Positions 1-11,700 of a stretch of 64,000 nucleotides of DNA are shown in pieces (the first letter of the stretch is position 1; every line of letters begins with the position of its first letter). The position numbers were made by a program, and so were the translations under genes. The notes below the pieces were generated by a model. It was not told the DNA's origin and made no database searches. It saw only the letters and a list, made by a program, of their open reading frames with translations. Source of the stretch: an uncultured Gammaproteobacteria bacterium (GTDB lineage Bacteria > Patescibacteriota > Microgenomatia > UBA10105 > UBA927); NCBI GenBank assembly GCA_964629685.1, contig CAZVTT010000003.1, positions 86,038 to 150,037 of the forward strand, given 5' to 3'.

Positions 1-1096
1 GGGAGCTGTCCTGGCAGCACTTAGGAATCCCGATGCCGCCATCCTTTTGGTCTGGTGGATATGTATTCCGGTAGCCGCCATCATATTTACCGGGAACAAA
101 CATATTATTTCCCAAATATCGCGGTATATTTATTATTCGCTTCCCGCATATATCCTCCTGCTGACATTTACCGTATCGGAAACCTTCAGAATTATTACGG
201 ACTGTATCAGCCGCATGATTCCAAAACACAAATATAAATCCCCGCTTACGTCCGGAATTCAAATAGTCTTTACTTTGGGGTTTTTGGTCTTCATATTCGG
301 CCCTCAGCATCTTCCGGTTATTGCTCACCCAGATAACCGGAACGAGTACGAAGATATGATCGGTATCACACAAAAACTGACCGAATTGGGTCCCTTTTGT
401 CTGGCCAGTGACAATCAGAATATGCTGCGTTGGACTATCTGGTATACCCGGGTGTATCACCAAAATTCCGGTTTACCCTACCGATGTAATCCAGACTCAC
501 CCATACTGCTCATGATTCCCGGCGACGGAAAAGGCATGGGCATACCCCAAATCACCTGGCAACCGGTCTGGAAACAGGAAGGTATTCCCACCCGTACCCC
601 GTTCTTTGTTACCCGCGGCGTCATTCTTTATCGGGAACCGAGACCGGTTACGGGTATATCTACCGATACCACGGGTTTACTTACACTCCCGTTAAACGAA
701 ATTGCCGGTTGGAAAATACAACAGGAATCCACGAATGTCGCCTGGATCCAGTTCCCTGCAGGAGTAAAACCCGCGGATAAAACACAACCCGGGGTGCTAA
801 TGTACTCGGTAAAACCAGGATTTCCCTTTGCAGCCACCGGTGCTGCCATTACAGCCCAAACTGATGTTCACGGAACCGGGAGTTCCGTCACCATTGCACT
901 GCGGAACGGCGATACGGAATTGGGGCGTGCTGAATTTTCCGGCGTGGGCACGGAGACAAAAGCGGTGCAGTGGCAAACGCCGATAACCCGGAATACCAAT
1001 CTAACGCTGGTACTTACCCTGGTAGACGACAACAGCGGCGCGTTATACTCCAGCGACGTTCGGGCCGAACGAATCAGCATCCGATTTACCCGGTAA
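1..1096 (+). CDS. Membrane protein, C-terminal part (5'-truncated by window edge); probably a GT-C glycosyltransferase-like protein with an extracellular beta-rich C-terminal domain
   Basis: The frame is open from nt 2 to the TAA at 1096. Hydrophobic helices include SRYIYYSLPAYILLL, resembling the RY..P motif of GT-C proteins, followed by a soluble domain. It lies upstream of two more GT-C-like genes. Confidence 0.55.
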   Translation, partial: GAVLAALRNPDAAILLVWWICIPVAAIIFTGNKHIISQISRYIYYSLPAYILLLTFTVSETFRIITDCISRMIPKHKYKSPLTSGIQIVFTLGFLVFIFGPQHLPVIAHPDNRNEYEDMIGITQKLTELGPFCLASDNQNMLRWTIWYTRVYHQNSGLPYRCNPDSPILLMIPGDGKGMGIPQITWQPVWKQEGIPTRTPFFVTRGVILYREPRPVTGISTDTTGLLTLPLNEIAGWKIQQESTNVAWIQFPAGVKPADKTQPGVLMYSVKPGFPFAATGAAITAQTDVHGTGSSVTIALRNGDTELGRAEFSGVGTETKAVQWQTPITRNTNLTLVLTLVDDNSGALYSSDVRAERISIRFTR

Positions 1097-1172
1097 TTTT
1101 CCTGACTTTCCCCGTACATATACCCTGTTTTTCGTTTTCCTTTTATCCGTTTTTTCTTGTACAATTGTTTCC

Positions 1173-3137
1173 ATGGATCAGCATGCCCGCAAATCTTCCG
1201 GACCGTCAGTGGTTACATTACCCCCCAAACCGCGCCGTTCTTTCGCCTTCGTTTCACTCTTATCATCACCCGTCGTATTGCTGCTCTTAGTCATTGCCAG
1301 CGTAGTACTCCGACTTATTTTTATTCCCAATCCCGGTTTTGAAGCCGACGTCTCCTTCTGGAAATCCTGGGGACTGGCACCGCTGGACCATGGGTTAGTC
1401 TGGAGTATGCACAACACCAATAATAACTACCCTACGCCGTTTGCATATTTTCTGATGGTGTTGGTAAAAATATATAGTTTGTTTGCGGACCCCCATAATT
1501 TTAACGAATTCTGGAACAACTCAAATGTATTGTTTCTGGCCATCGCCAAAACTCCTTCCATACTGGCAGACTTCGGTATTGCTGCACTCTTTGTCTGGAT
1601 CGGGAAAAACGCCAAACGACTGGGATTTCCGGCATTGGGACTGCGGTACTATCTGGGTTTAGGATTCCTGTATCTGCTCAGTCCTATTTCCATTATGGAC
1701 GGGGCCTGGTGGGGTCAGGTTGATAGTATCGGAGTCATCGTCTTTTTATTTGCCATACTGGCTGTCCTTACCAAACGGCCCTTCCTTGCCGGACTGATTT
1801 ACATTACGGCCATGATGACCAAACTGCAGAACATGATTTTCGGCCCGCTGTTTTTTGTATTTGTGTGGCAGATGTTAGGAACACGCGGACTGATCCGCGC
1901 AGTCGCCGGGTCTATGCTAGGATTTTTAGGACTGAACATCGAATTTTTACTCGCCAAAGATATGGGGCGGGTGTTTCAATCCCTCACCGACAACTATGAT
2001 TACTTCCCGCTCATGTCCCTCAACGCCTACAACTTATGGTGGATTGCAGCCGGAGCCAACGGCATGAAAATGTCCGATAAAATACTGACCATCGGAATTA
2101 TGAATGCCAAGCAGGTCGGACTTATGATGTTTGCCGGCATGTATGTATTTGCCCTTCTGCATCTCATGAGCGAAACCATCCGCAGCATGTGGAGCCGCTC
2201 ACTTACCTGGTCCAAAAAGGCACTGCAACGACAACAAAAACTGGTTGCCGAAAAAATCCATTCCCTGGAAGACGCCGGAAACCCCATGGTATTCCATCTC
2301 TTTACAGCTTTATCCATAGTCGTGGGAGCATTCTTTTTATTCCAAACGCAATCACATGAACGGTATGCGTTCCCGCTTACGGTATTTCTGTTACTTATGG
2401 CCCCATTTTTTCCGGCGGCAAAACGCCGTTTGTGGCTCTCCGGATATTTTGCTTACACGCTCATTTATTTTTACAATTTACATACTGCGTTCGCGTCTAA
2501 CTATCCACAGAACGTACTGCCTGTCTTACGGGATTTTAATGCACCGGGACTCACCATCGCCGTCTCGTATATACAGATCGGATTATTTTTATTGTTACTG
2601 GCATTTAACTGGAAACATATTCATAAACTGGTATTTGTTGCGGGATTCGGATTCATTTTCGGCATGATCGTGCTGGGTAATCTGTCCTATTTCGCCAAAA
2701 AACCCATCGCTCTCACCAAATTAACTCCTCATACCAGCCTGCAGGATTACGGTCGCCGGGGGAATAACCGTTCTACCAACGGAGCATACGGCCCCAAATC
2801 GTGGAGCCGTTTATCTACCCAGTATTTTTACTATAAAAAAGGAATAGGTACGCATTCTCACAGTAAAATTGTGTACCATATAAACGGATTATTTTCGACA
2901 TTTACCACAGACTACGGCATAGACACCGAAGCGGGATCTCCCGGGTCAGCCACCTTCCAGGTTTGGGGGGACGGAAAAATGCTATTCGAATCTCCCAAAA
3001 TGGGCCGATTTGATCAACCGAAGCATACATCGGTCGACATCCGGGGCGTAACCCAGTTGGAACTGGTAACCACAGACGGTGGTGATACGATAAATGATGA
3101 TCACGCAGACTGGCTCAATCCGAAATTAATACCATGA
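1173..3137 (+). CDS. Multi-pass GT-C (mannosyltransferase-like) membrane protein with C-terminal NPCBM/NEW2 carbohydrate-binding domain
   Basis: 654 aa with many TM helices and the motifs WWGQVDSI and QSHERY. The C-terminus KGIGTHS...ATFQVWGDGKMLFES...QLELVTTDGGD...DHADW matches the NPCBM pattern. Confidence 0.8.
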   Translation: MDQHARKSSGPSVVTLPPKPRRSFAFVSLLSSPVVLLLLVIASVVLRLIFIPNPGFEADVSFWKSWGLAPLDHGLVWSMHNTNNNYPTPFAYFLMVLVKIYSLFADPHNFNEFWNNSNVLFLAIAKTPSILADFGIAALFVWIGKNAKRLGFPALGLRYYLGLGFLYLLSPISIMDGAWWGQVDSIGVIVFLFAILAVLTKRPFLAGLIYITAMMTKLQNMIFGPLFFVFVWQMLGTRGLIRAVAGSMLGFLGLNIEFLLAKDMGRVFQSLTDNYDYFPLMSLNAYNLWWIAAGANGMKMSDKILTIGIMNAKQVGLMMFAGMYVFALLHLMSETIRSMWSRSLTWSKKALQRQQKLVAEKIHSLEDAGNPMVFHLFTALSIVVGAFFLFQTQSHERYAFPLTVFLLLMAPFFPAAKRRLWLSGYFAYTLIYFYNLHTAFASNYPQNVLPVLRDFNAPGLTIAVSYIQIGLFLLLLAFNWKHIHKLVFVAGFGFIFGMIVLGNLSYFAKKPIALTKLTPHTSLQDYGRRGNNRSTNGAYGPKSWSRLSTQYFYYKKGIGTHSHSKIVYHINGLFSTFTTDYGIDTEAGSPGSATFQVWGDGKMLFESPKMGRFDQPKHTSVDIRGVTQLELVTTDGGDTINDDHADWLNPKLIP

Positions 3138-5689
3138 AACACATCGAAAAAATTATCGGAATACTACTGGTAGTTTTTGCTGTAGGGTTCAATTTGTGGC
3201 TTTACCGCCTGGAACCCACCGCTCTGAGTGATCCCAACGACAATACCTTTCAATTTGCCTTGGTAGACCGCACCAATCAGATGTGGGATTTCGCCGCAAA
3301 AGAATGCGTCAAAACCCCGTTCACCTATCCGCTCTGCTTTGTGGGTTACATGGTGGATCATTGGGTACCCAATTGGGCACAGGGATACAACCTCCCCTAT
3401 TACTACTCACATGTCCCGCAGATCGTCATCGTTGCCAGTTTCAAACTCATCGCACCGGTACTGGGAGCAATGTCGCTCTTTACGTATTACCACTGGATAA
3501 TTTATCTGTTGCTGTGTTTGTTCCCGATCTCCGTATTTCTGGGACTCAGAATAATCAGAACATCCTGGCTTACCGCCGGAATCGGTGCACTGCTGGCTTC
3601 CCAGCTCTCTACCGACGGACTGTACGGTCTGGACCCGCCATCATTTTTATGGCGCGGTTACGGATTATCCAGTCAGATGTTTGCCATGATCTGGATGCCG
3701 CTCGCAGTTGCATACGCGTACCGATTCCTGATGATTACATCACAACAACAATTTAACTGGCAAACGGCAGCTTATATGGAATGGCTGGCTATAACCAGGC
3801 CGTTTACCCTGGCAATCAACACTCTCCGTAAACGAATTTCTCCTGCACGGAAACGCGTTTCCTCCCCGGATGAGGAAGTAGAATACGCTCCGGAATTGCG
3901 TCGCCTGTTCTGGATGGCTGCAGGATTCGGAATTTTAACCACCGCTGGCCATTTGGGTATAGGAATCATGACTATATTCTCTATTGGCTTTCTGGGGCTG
4001 TCGCCGGTAATTATGTCGATTATGGAAAAGCAACCAGTAAAGGAAATATATTATTTATTGATCAAACAAAGTGTTCGTATCCTTTTGCTGGTGGGAGTCG
4101 TCGTTTTCTTCCTCGGATACTGGATTATACCCACCCAATTACACGGGAACTACCACAATATTTCCGTTTGGGACCCGGTATGGAAATTTGACTCATACGG
4201 CTGGGGTGAAGTCATGAATATGTTTTTTAACGGAGCTCTTTTTGACTTCGGACGCAGCCCCATTGTCACCGGCTTGGTAATTTTGGGTGCCTTCGCCTGC
4301 TTTGTTATTACAAAAAATAATGGTAAACCGGCAGACGCCGAGGCGCTTACCGGCAACAACCACCAACTGCCTTCGCCAACGCACTTACCGTTTGTTCCTT
4401 TTACCTTTCTGTTCGTGTTCTGGATGTTATTTTTCTTTGGTCGGGCTACCTGGGGCGGTCTGATAGATCTTATTCCCGGTATGAAAGAGGTGCATTTATC
4501 GCGGTTTATTGTGGGACTGCACATGGCCGGATTATTTTTAGCGCCTATCGGATTCACTTGGATCATCGAACAGCTCAGTACCTATACCGTCAGATTGCTG
4601 GCGTATGCCGCTAAACTTCCCGCATTGCGGACCAACACCGGACTCAGTCTCATGGTACTTTGGATTTCCGCTGCCGCCGGAATCGCCTGGCTCTTCCCTT
4701 CCATATATGTTCAGACCATCCGGTATAACGATCTGAATAACAAACTGATTGTGCAGGCCAATGATAATTTTGTTCGGGAAAAACCTTTTCTGGACGAAAT
4801 CTTTGCTACCTTCCGCGGCTTACCTCCTGCCCGTATTTATGCAGGCAGAGCCGGTTGGGGCAGTAAGTTTGAAATAGCGGAAACCCCGTATAACATGATG
4901 CTGTCCACCTACGGCTTATCTACCGTGATGTGGCTTCCCGAAACCTGGTCCATGAATTCTGATACCGAACAATTCTTTAGCGAAGACGTAGAGAACAACT
5001 ATAATTTATATAACATCCGGTATGTCGTTACCCCACCGAATATCGAACCGAAAACATTCTGGACTCCGCTAAAAGAAACATCCGAATGGAAATTATACGA
5101 AGTTAAAAGCACGACCGGATATATAACCACCGGTACCAATTCCATGGTTGTTTCCACCTCCAAGGAAACGCTCATAAATATGGTGCATCTTTGGATTCAG
5201 TCACCCCAACACGTCGACAGACTGTATCCCGAACTGTCATTTAAGAAAAAAATATCTTCCCAACTTCCGGTAATCCGGATGCTGGATGAAGTCACCTATC
5301 AAACGACAGACGGACAACAGAAAAATATTTTCGCCGATCCCCCCTTAGTTACCGGCGTAACACCGAACATAACGGAAGCGGAAGAAAAAAATATCGCCGA
5401 TATGATTTTCAGTACCTCCGTTACGGTAAATGAACCTTGTATAAACTGTATTGTCATCCTGCGGCACACGGATCATCCCAACTGGCAGGTTAAACTCAAC
5501 GGAAAACCGGTTGATCATTTTACGGTTTTCCCCTTCTTCGTCGCCGCCAGACTACCGGGTCCGGGAACATATTCCGTAGAATTCAGTTATAAACCATCCC
5601 TGCTTAAAATGCTTATGCTGAGTGCTGCCGGAGTCGCAGGACTCGTACTGTGCTGGGGTATATTCCTCTCCAAACGGAAAACCTCCTAA
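3134..5689 (+). CDS. YfhO-like / GT-C family multi-pass membrane protein
   Basis: 851 aa; its ATG overlaps the upstream TGA (ATGA, translational coupling). It has W.PNW..GY..PYYY, many TM helices, and a C-terminal HPNWQV.LNG...V.F.YKP plus a final TM helix, typical of YfhO-like proteins. Confidence 0.7.
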   Translation: MKHIEKIIGILLVVFAVGFNLWLYRLEPTALSDPNDNTFQFALVDRTNQMWDFAAKECVKTPFTYPLCFVGYMVDHWVPNWAQGYNLPYYYSHVPQIVIVASFKLIAPVLGAMSLFTYYHWIIYLLLCLFPISVFLGLRIIRTSWLTAGIGALLASQLSTDGLYGLDPPSFLWRGYGLSSQMFAMIWMPLAVAYAYRFLMITSQQQFNWQTAAYMEWLAITRPFTLAINTLRKRISPARKRVSSPDEEVEYAPELRRLFWMAAGFGILTTAGHLGIGIMTIFSIGFLGLSPVIMSIMEKQPVKEIYYLLIKQSVRILLLVGVVVFFLGYWIIPTQLHGNYHNISVWDPVWKFDSYGWGEVMNMFFNGALFDFGRSPIVTGLVILGAFACFVITKNNGKPADAEALTGNNHQLPSPTHLPFVPFTFLFVFWMLFFFGRATWGGLIDLIPGMKEVHLSRFIVGLHMAGLFLAPIGFTWIIEQLSTYTVRLLAYAAKLPALRTNTGLSLMVLWISAAAGIAWLFPSIYVQTIRYNDLNNKLIVQANDNFVREKPFLDEIFATFRGLPPARIYAGRAGWGSKFEIAETPYNMMLSTYGLSTVMWLPETWSMNSDTEQFFSEDVENNYNLYNIRYVVTPPNIEPKTFWTPLKETSEWKLYEVKSTTGYITTGTNSMVVSTSKETLINMVHLWIQSPQHVDRLYPELSFKKKISSQLPVIRMLDEVTYQTTDGQQKNIFADPPLVTGVTPNITEAEEKNIADMIFSTSVTVNEPCINCIVILRHTDHPNWQVKLNGKPVDHFTVFPFFVAARLPGPGTYSVEFSYKPSLLKMLMLSAAGVAGLVLCWGIFLSKRKTS

Positions 5690-5727
5690 TCCTTTCCTTT
5701 CCCCATCATTCCTGAGTGAATTGTGTG

Positions 5728-8700
5728 TTAGGGTACAATTATCGGTCGTGGCGTATTCAGCAATCGCAATCTGGGACGTTGCCATGGGAATACAGGAGCT
5801 TCATAGATAAACGAACGGTTAAGAATTATAAGAAAATCTCCATTCTTTAAAGCCCGATCAGAATCAAGCATTCCATATATTGGACTATTATAAGGAGTAC
5901 CTGTTCTCCATCGTTCATCTTCTGGCATCACGATTTCTTGAAACCCAGTTACAATCTTAATTTTATCCCCTTCCAGGAAAATATTATTATCCTTATGAAA
6001 GATACGGATAGTTTGCTTAAATAAACCATTCGTAATAACCACCTCATTTTTTTCTAGACTCACAATTCTGGGTTCAACTTTTACACCGGGTATAAATCGT
6101 ATACTATCAAGCGTGGTATAGAGCTGAAGCACTGACAAAGAATTTACCCGCCGCATTGCGAGGTTTAACCTATTGATAGCTAAAGTCCATCGGCTATATG
6201 GTAAATATCGTTGAGTCATTCCATCTGCCTTTCGTAGTACTGCCTCAAGAATATTTTCAGTAGCAATAACAGTAATAGCAACATGCGGTTGCGTCGATGC
6301 CATACCTACGACAAATAGATCATGGAACGAAAGAAGTAAGCGATCCCACGGGACAACTGGTGGTTCGATAATAGGCTTTTCTTCCGGTATGGCGGGCGCT
6401 GTCTCAGATGTATTAACGGTCTCCATTCGTGTTCGGAAAAAACGCAGCACGCCTCGCCAAAACATCTGCCAACCGTCGTTCGCGATTATAGTACTAATCG
6501 ATCGATCTCCCATTCTTCCATCCGGCACCGCGCGAACCTCAGGTTCACCGATACGTATTACGGGTTCGGTAGGAACCAATTCCGGTCGGACATTTTGCTG
6601 ATAATACGCCAGAGCTTCTGCATACGTACCGAATTTTTCTTCACCCAACAATCGGATATACGTTTGCAGCACCTCAGGAATACCTGGCATATATGTTCTG
6701 TTGGACGCATCTGTGGTCGTTATTTTTTGAATCATGAATTCCCCGACTGCCTTAACTAAAATTCGGGATTTTCCGGAACTCACCCGGGATGCACTATTTA
6801 AGTCTCCTACTTTTGCCCGGATCACTTTACCGGTTACTTTATCGGTAAAAATAAACGTATTTACGTCTCGCACGTCATCAACTGAATAGCCCTTTTGTTC
6901 CGCTTCGACCAAACCAGCGAACAGACCATCCAGGATGGTCACCAATGTGGTATATTCCTTCCTGGCTGCTTCTTCCGCAATAACCCCGGTATAATCAGAA
7001 GCATCACCATCTGCAAGTTCCAAAAGCAGTACCGGAAACCCATTTATTTTTCCCTGATCAAGCATCGTCAGTAAAGACTCCTGTCCGGCAAGAGCCTGAT
7101 ATACCGCTATCTCTTTTTCCGTCGCTGCTGCGCGGGCGATGCTGGGGATCTTCACCGCAACTTCCATATCTCCTGCAGCCGTTTTCCGGATAGCCCGGTA
7201 CACCGTCGCCCCGCTACCTCCCAAAGATTCTGTCAGTCTCAATGTTTCCGAAATACCGTTTGTAGATACGAAACTCACATCAACCTGTTTCCCGTCTTTT
7301 AAATACCCGGTGATAAAATTGGTTATGGACTTATCCGTTATCGACTGATCAAACGAAACTACCTGCGTCTGGTTTTCCCGCACCTCTTCCTGTTCAACAT
7401 TCAAATCCGGTTGATACACCTCATCGGCAGTAAAAACTGCCGAATATGCAACACGTACAGGCATCTGCCAGAGATCATTTTCAATAAAATCCGCAGCAAG
7501 CCGGACCGGTTCACGCACGTACCCGGGAAGTGCACAAGCCGCATTGGCCCCGTCTGCGGCATATACCTGACGTATACCGGGAACCAACGAACTACAATTC
7601 TCTTCCGCGACCAACCAGGCCTGCAGTCTCCGTGCAAACGGAATCGCTATCCGGTCGCGTGCCAATTCTTCGATTGGGAAATACGCCTGTTCCGGCTCTT
7701 CCACCTCGGGGGCAGCTACCGGTTCAACCGGTACTTCCGGCTGCTCTGCCTGAACCTGCGGGGATAAATGAATTCTGAAGAAACGCTGTGGAAAATCCGG
7801 ACCGAAATGCTGCGTCGTGCGTTCTTCGCGTTCAATAACTCCTCTCCGGCTGTACATCCGGGATAGTGCTTCTGCGAGTGTTTGTTTATTGGTTCCGGTA
7901 AGATAGTCTGCAGCATGCGTTTCCACATGGGTATAACCACGCGCCACTAACTCTTTCTCCAGCACCTTAAGCATCCTGACAAATCCGGTTCCCGAAAAGC
8001 GCTGATCAAATACGGTAGAAGAAATATATGCCGTATCAGCTGATTGTTTATTCGCATAAATATATCCGATTACCTTAGCTCTTCCGTTTTCTTCAACCGT
8101 CTGCACGATCACAATGTTCTGCGGATTATTAAAATCCGCTTTCAACTGTGCTTCCGTATACCCCAGGTTAGCATTGCCGAAATTAAATCCCTGTTGCTCC
8201 AGTGCAAGCACATCCTCCCGTAAACCGGGGACTAAAGTCCAGGGATCACCATCCCATGTTGCCGGATTAAGTACTATTGTACCCACAGGAAACACCGGAA
8301 TATCGGTACTGTCAGGGGCCTGTTCTCCGGCAGCTACAGCCAATACCCGCTTGGCATTCCGGGATAACGGACGGGCAGATCTAATGGTATATCTATACCG
8401 CGGATGGAACGTTTCTTCTTCTATGGCAACTTGCTGTGCTTCAGGGGCAGCATACGTAGAAAGAATATACGCTTCAAACCCTGGCCGGTTCGATAATCCG
8501 CCGGCTTCGGTAGTAATATACAGTTCAAAACCCAGTGCTTTTGTAATTTTGTACAATGCCAGCATCGTTTGATCTATAAACTGTTCCTTTTTCTCAATTG
8601 TCAGCTGGCCTACAAAAGAAGTCGACGGATCAAATCCTATCATTACAAGCTTTTTATCCTGAATTGAGAACAAAACATCTCCGACCAACTCGCCATCAAC

Positions 8701-11700
8701 TATCATCCGGGCCATAGCCACGGAATCACGGGCCATGTCGTACGGAAAGTTTCCAAAGCATGTTCCGGAACAATTTCCCTGAAACAGATCCAGAAAATTC
8801 TTTGGTCCCAGTACTATTTCTACTGTTTTCTGATTCCGCACCGACTGGGTTCTGTTTACTGTTAACGCTTCTTTTATACCGGTAAATACGCGCCACTGTT
8901 CCGTACGGGTTACTCTCCCCTGCAAACTCTCTAATCCCATACCGCGGAGTACGTGCTGCAGATGCGTCGTAAGATCCGAAAGTTCGTTGTACAGTTCATT
9001 TCGCTCAGTAACCGGAAGTGACCCGCTTAAATACAGCCGGACGCGTTCCAATTGAATTTGGGCTAGTACCTGATTCACAATACGGAAGACAACGTCTTCA
9101 GGTACGGCAATTCTACCCAGTATATATCCCTGCATTCGTCCGACCGGATCGGCATCAGCCCGCATTCCTTTCAGAATATTTTCCGGAATTTTTTCCGTTA
9201 CATATTCTTCGTTTATCCCGTCGGCATTTACGTTCTGGAACACCTCTTCCACTTCCGCATGTAATGCTTCAATACCCGTGTTATCCTGGGTGGCCAAAGC
9301 AGTATTTAATACATCCTTCAGTTGTCCTTCAATTTCCGGAGGAAGTTCAAACAGCACGTCTTCCGTGGAAAATCCGAATGTTTCCGTAACGGTCCTTGCT
9401 ATACCGCGGGTTGTTATCTTCCCGTCTATATCCCGTATTACCTGAGGCGCGGAACGATTTTCCATCGGAACGGCAAGACGTTTGGCTATATCTTCCAAGT
9501 CACGGGTAAAATTAGAATCTACCCGTTGGATGTATACCGGATAAAATGCATATTGCTGCGGCGTCAGTGGAGTCCCGGAATGTATCCTCTGGGTAAAACT
9601 GTCATAAGAGTTACTACTTTCTGCCGCTATATTCCCAATGAGTTGCCTCCGGGTTTCCCTGTTCTGTTCATCCTGTAATTCGGGAGATAATACTAACGCA
9701 TTCAAATAGACCCCTGCCCGCTGATCTATGGCTAAGTCCGGCCTGACAGATAACAATTCCAGGAAGAGCGCCTTTTCCTCCGAAGTCATTTTTGCCGGGA
9801 GACCGAATTGCGAAAAGTAATATACGGCGTCAGGGTCATTCGGTGTCGGATAAATACCCCGGATTAACCGGGTAAGCTTAGTTACCGCCTGCGGAGACTG
9901 TTTTACTAATTCCGTAATCGCCCGCCCCTGCAACCGCAAGCGAATTTCACGGACGGTTTCCAACGGATACGACGTAATCAATTTCAACGCGAATGATGCA
10001 TCGTCATCTATCACCCATTGCGGGAGTAACACCTCATTTGTCGTGGCCTGTAACCTGTGCAGATAAGCTCTCCGGACAATTTGAGCATTTCCGGTTACGT
10101 CACGGGGATTTTCACGGATAGCTCCCAATTCAGTGCCGTCCACCACCGGTGCTATAACGGAAATCAATACCGGGTCAGCATAATCCAGTGCATGAGCCTG
10201 ACTGCTGATATATGCGGCATACTCAAGTGTGGCAGTCTCCTGATCTATTATGGCTGAAAACAACAATATCTGCTGTAGACCGTCAGCTTCATCATACTCT
10301 GAAGATCTACTGGCCAGCCGTTCGATCAGATACCCTGAAGCTTTGGTTAACACTATTTCCGGTCTGGTTACCAGCAACTGCAGGGCAATCAATCGCTCAG
10401 CTTCTCCCAGCTGTTCCGGGAACGTAATTTCCTGCCGCAGTTGTTCTGCCGTGGAAAGCGGATTCACCAATACCGATACTTTATTTACTAAAGCTGCCTG
10501 TTTGTCGGGATTGCTTTCCGCAAGAGCAACGATAGCCGGCTGACGCAGAAGTTGCCCTGCCTGACGCAAAGCTTCTACCGGAAGTGTTTGTACCATCCGG
10601 ACGGTGGCAAATGAATCCGCGCGTACCGCCCAGTCAGGTAGAATTTCTTCCCCCAGATACGCATTCAATTCACGGAAATATGCATGCTTCAACGCCGTCT
10701 GCTTGTCATAGGGTTTGGCATTGGAACCAAGAGATGCAAACTCATCCGCACTCAGAAGGGCTTTCATCATCGGGTCATCCAGATAGGTTACCCGGTAATT
10801 ACTGGTATTACGCATTAAAAAATTCAGAATATCTAACTTGGTAAACAGTCCTTCGGCCATCATAGACTGAAGTTCCGCAAATGCTCTGGTTGCAAGCTCG
10901 GCATTTTCCCGGTAACTGATCATTTTGAAGAAGCTCCCCTCAATAGACTCTCGGTAAGCCGTATCCGTGTCATATCCTGTGGCAAAACTCATGAACTCCG
11001 CTGTCGGAATTGTGGCTTCAGGGCCGATTGTCTGTTGCATCAGCTCACGCATGAGCCGGGTGGTGGCCTTCCCGTTCACGATATAATCCGGCAAATACTC
11101 GATATGTGCCAGAATGTATGCTCTAACACTCGGAGGTGCGTCAACAAATGCAGGTGCGTAAATCCGCACGATATCGGCATAGGAAATATCTTCCGGATCT
11201 TTTTCAAATAGTGTCAACAGATACTCCAACTGTTCGGACGATTCATTCCCCTCTTCACCGCGCACGCGGATCGATTCCGGTCGCTCCATCGAAAACGTAT
11301 TTATTGCCGTAACGGTTCGCAGATATTGCGCTTCCGGAATTCTGCTCAGTTGTCGGGAAGCAGCTTGCAACCGCGGACTCCGCATCAGCGACTGGAGTGA
11401 TACCTGAATTCCCAGTTGATGTAGCCGGTCCATATCATCCATTACATAGGGATGGCGGACAAAAAACCACAGCGTTTGCGGGGTAACGGACTTAAAATAG
11501 TTTAAGGTAATCTTCGTAGCTTTAAGGAAAAGCAGATACGTTACTTCCTTAACCTCGGCAGTAATCAGTGAGGGTTCGTTCTGTTCAATGTGTGAAACGA
11601 CTTCATTCACCCGCCGGACACCCAGCAACCTGAGCATCGCTTCCAGATAAAATCTCCCGCGGCGATCTGCCAGATTTTTCGGATTGGGAGTGATAGACTG

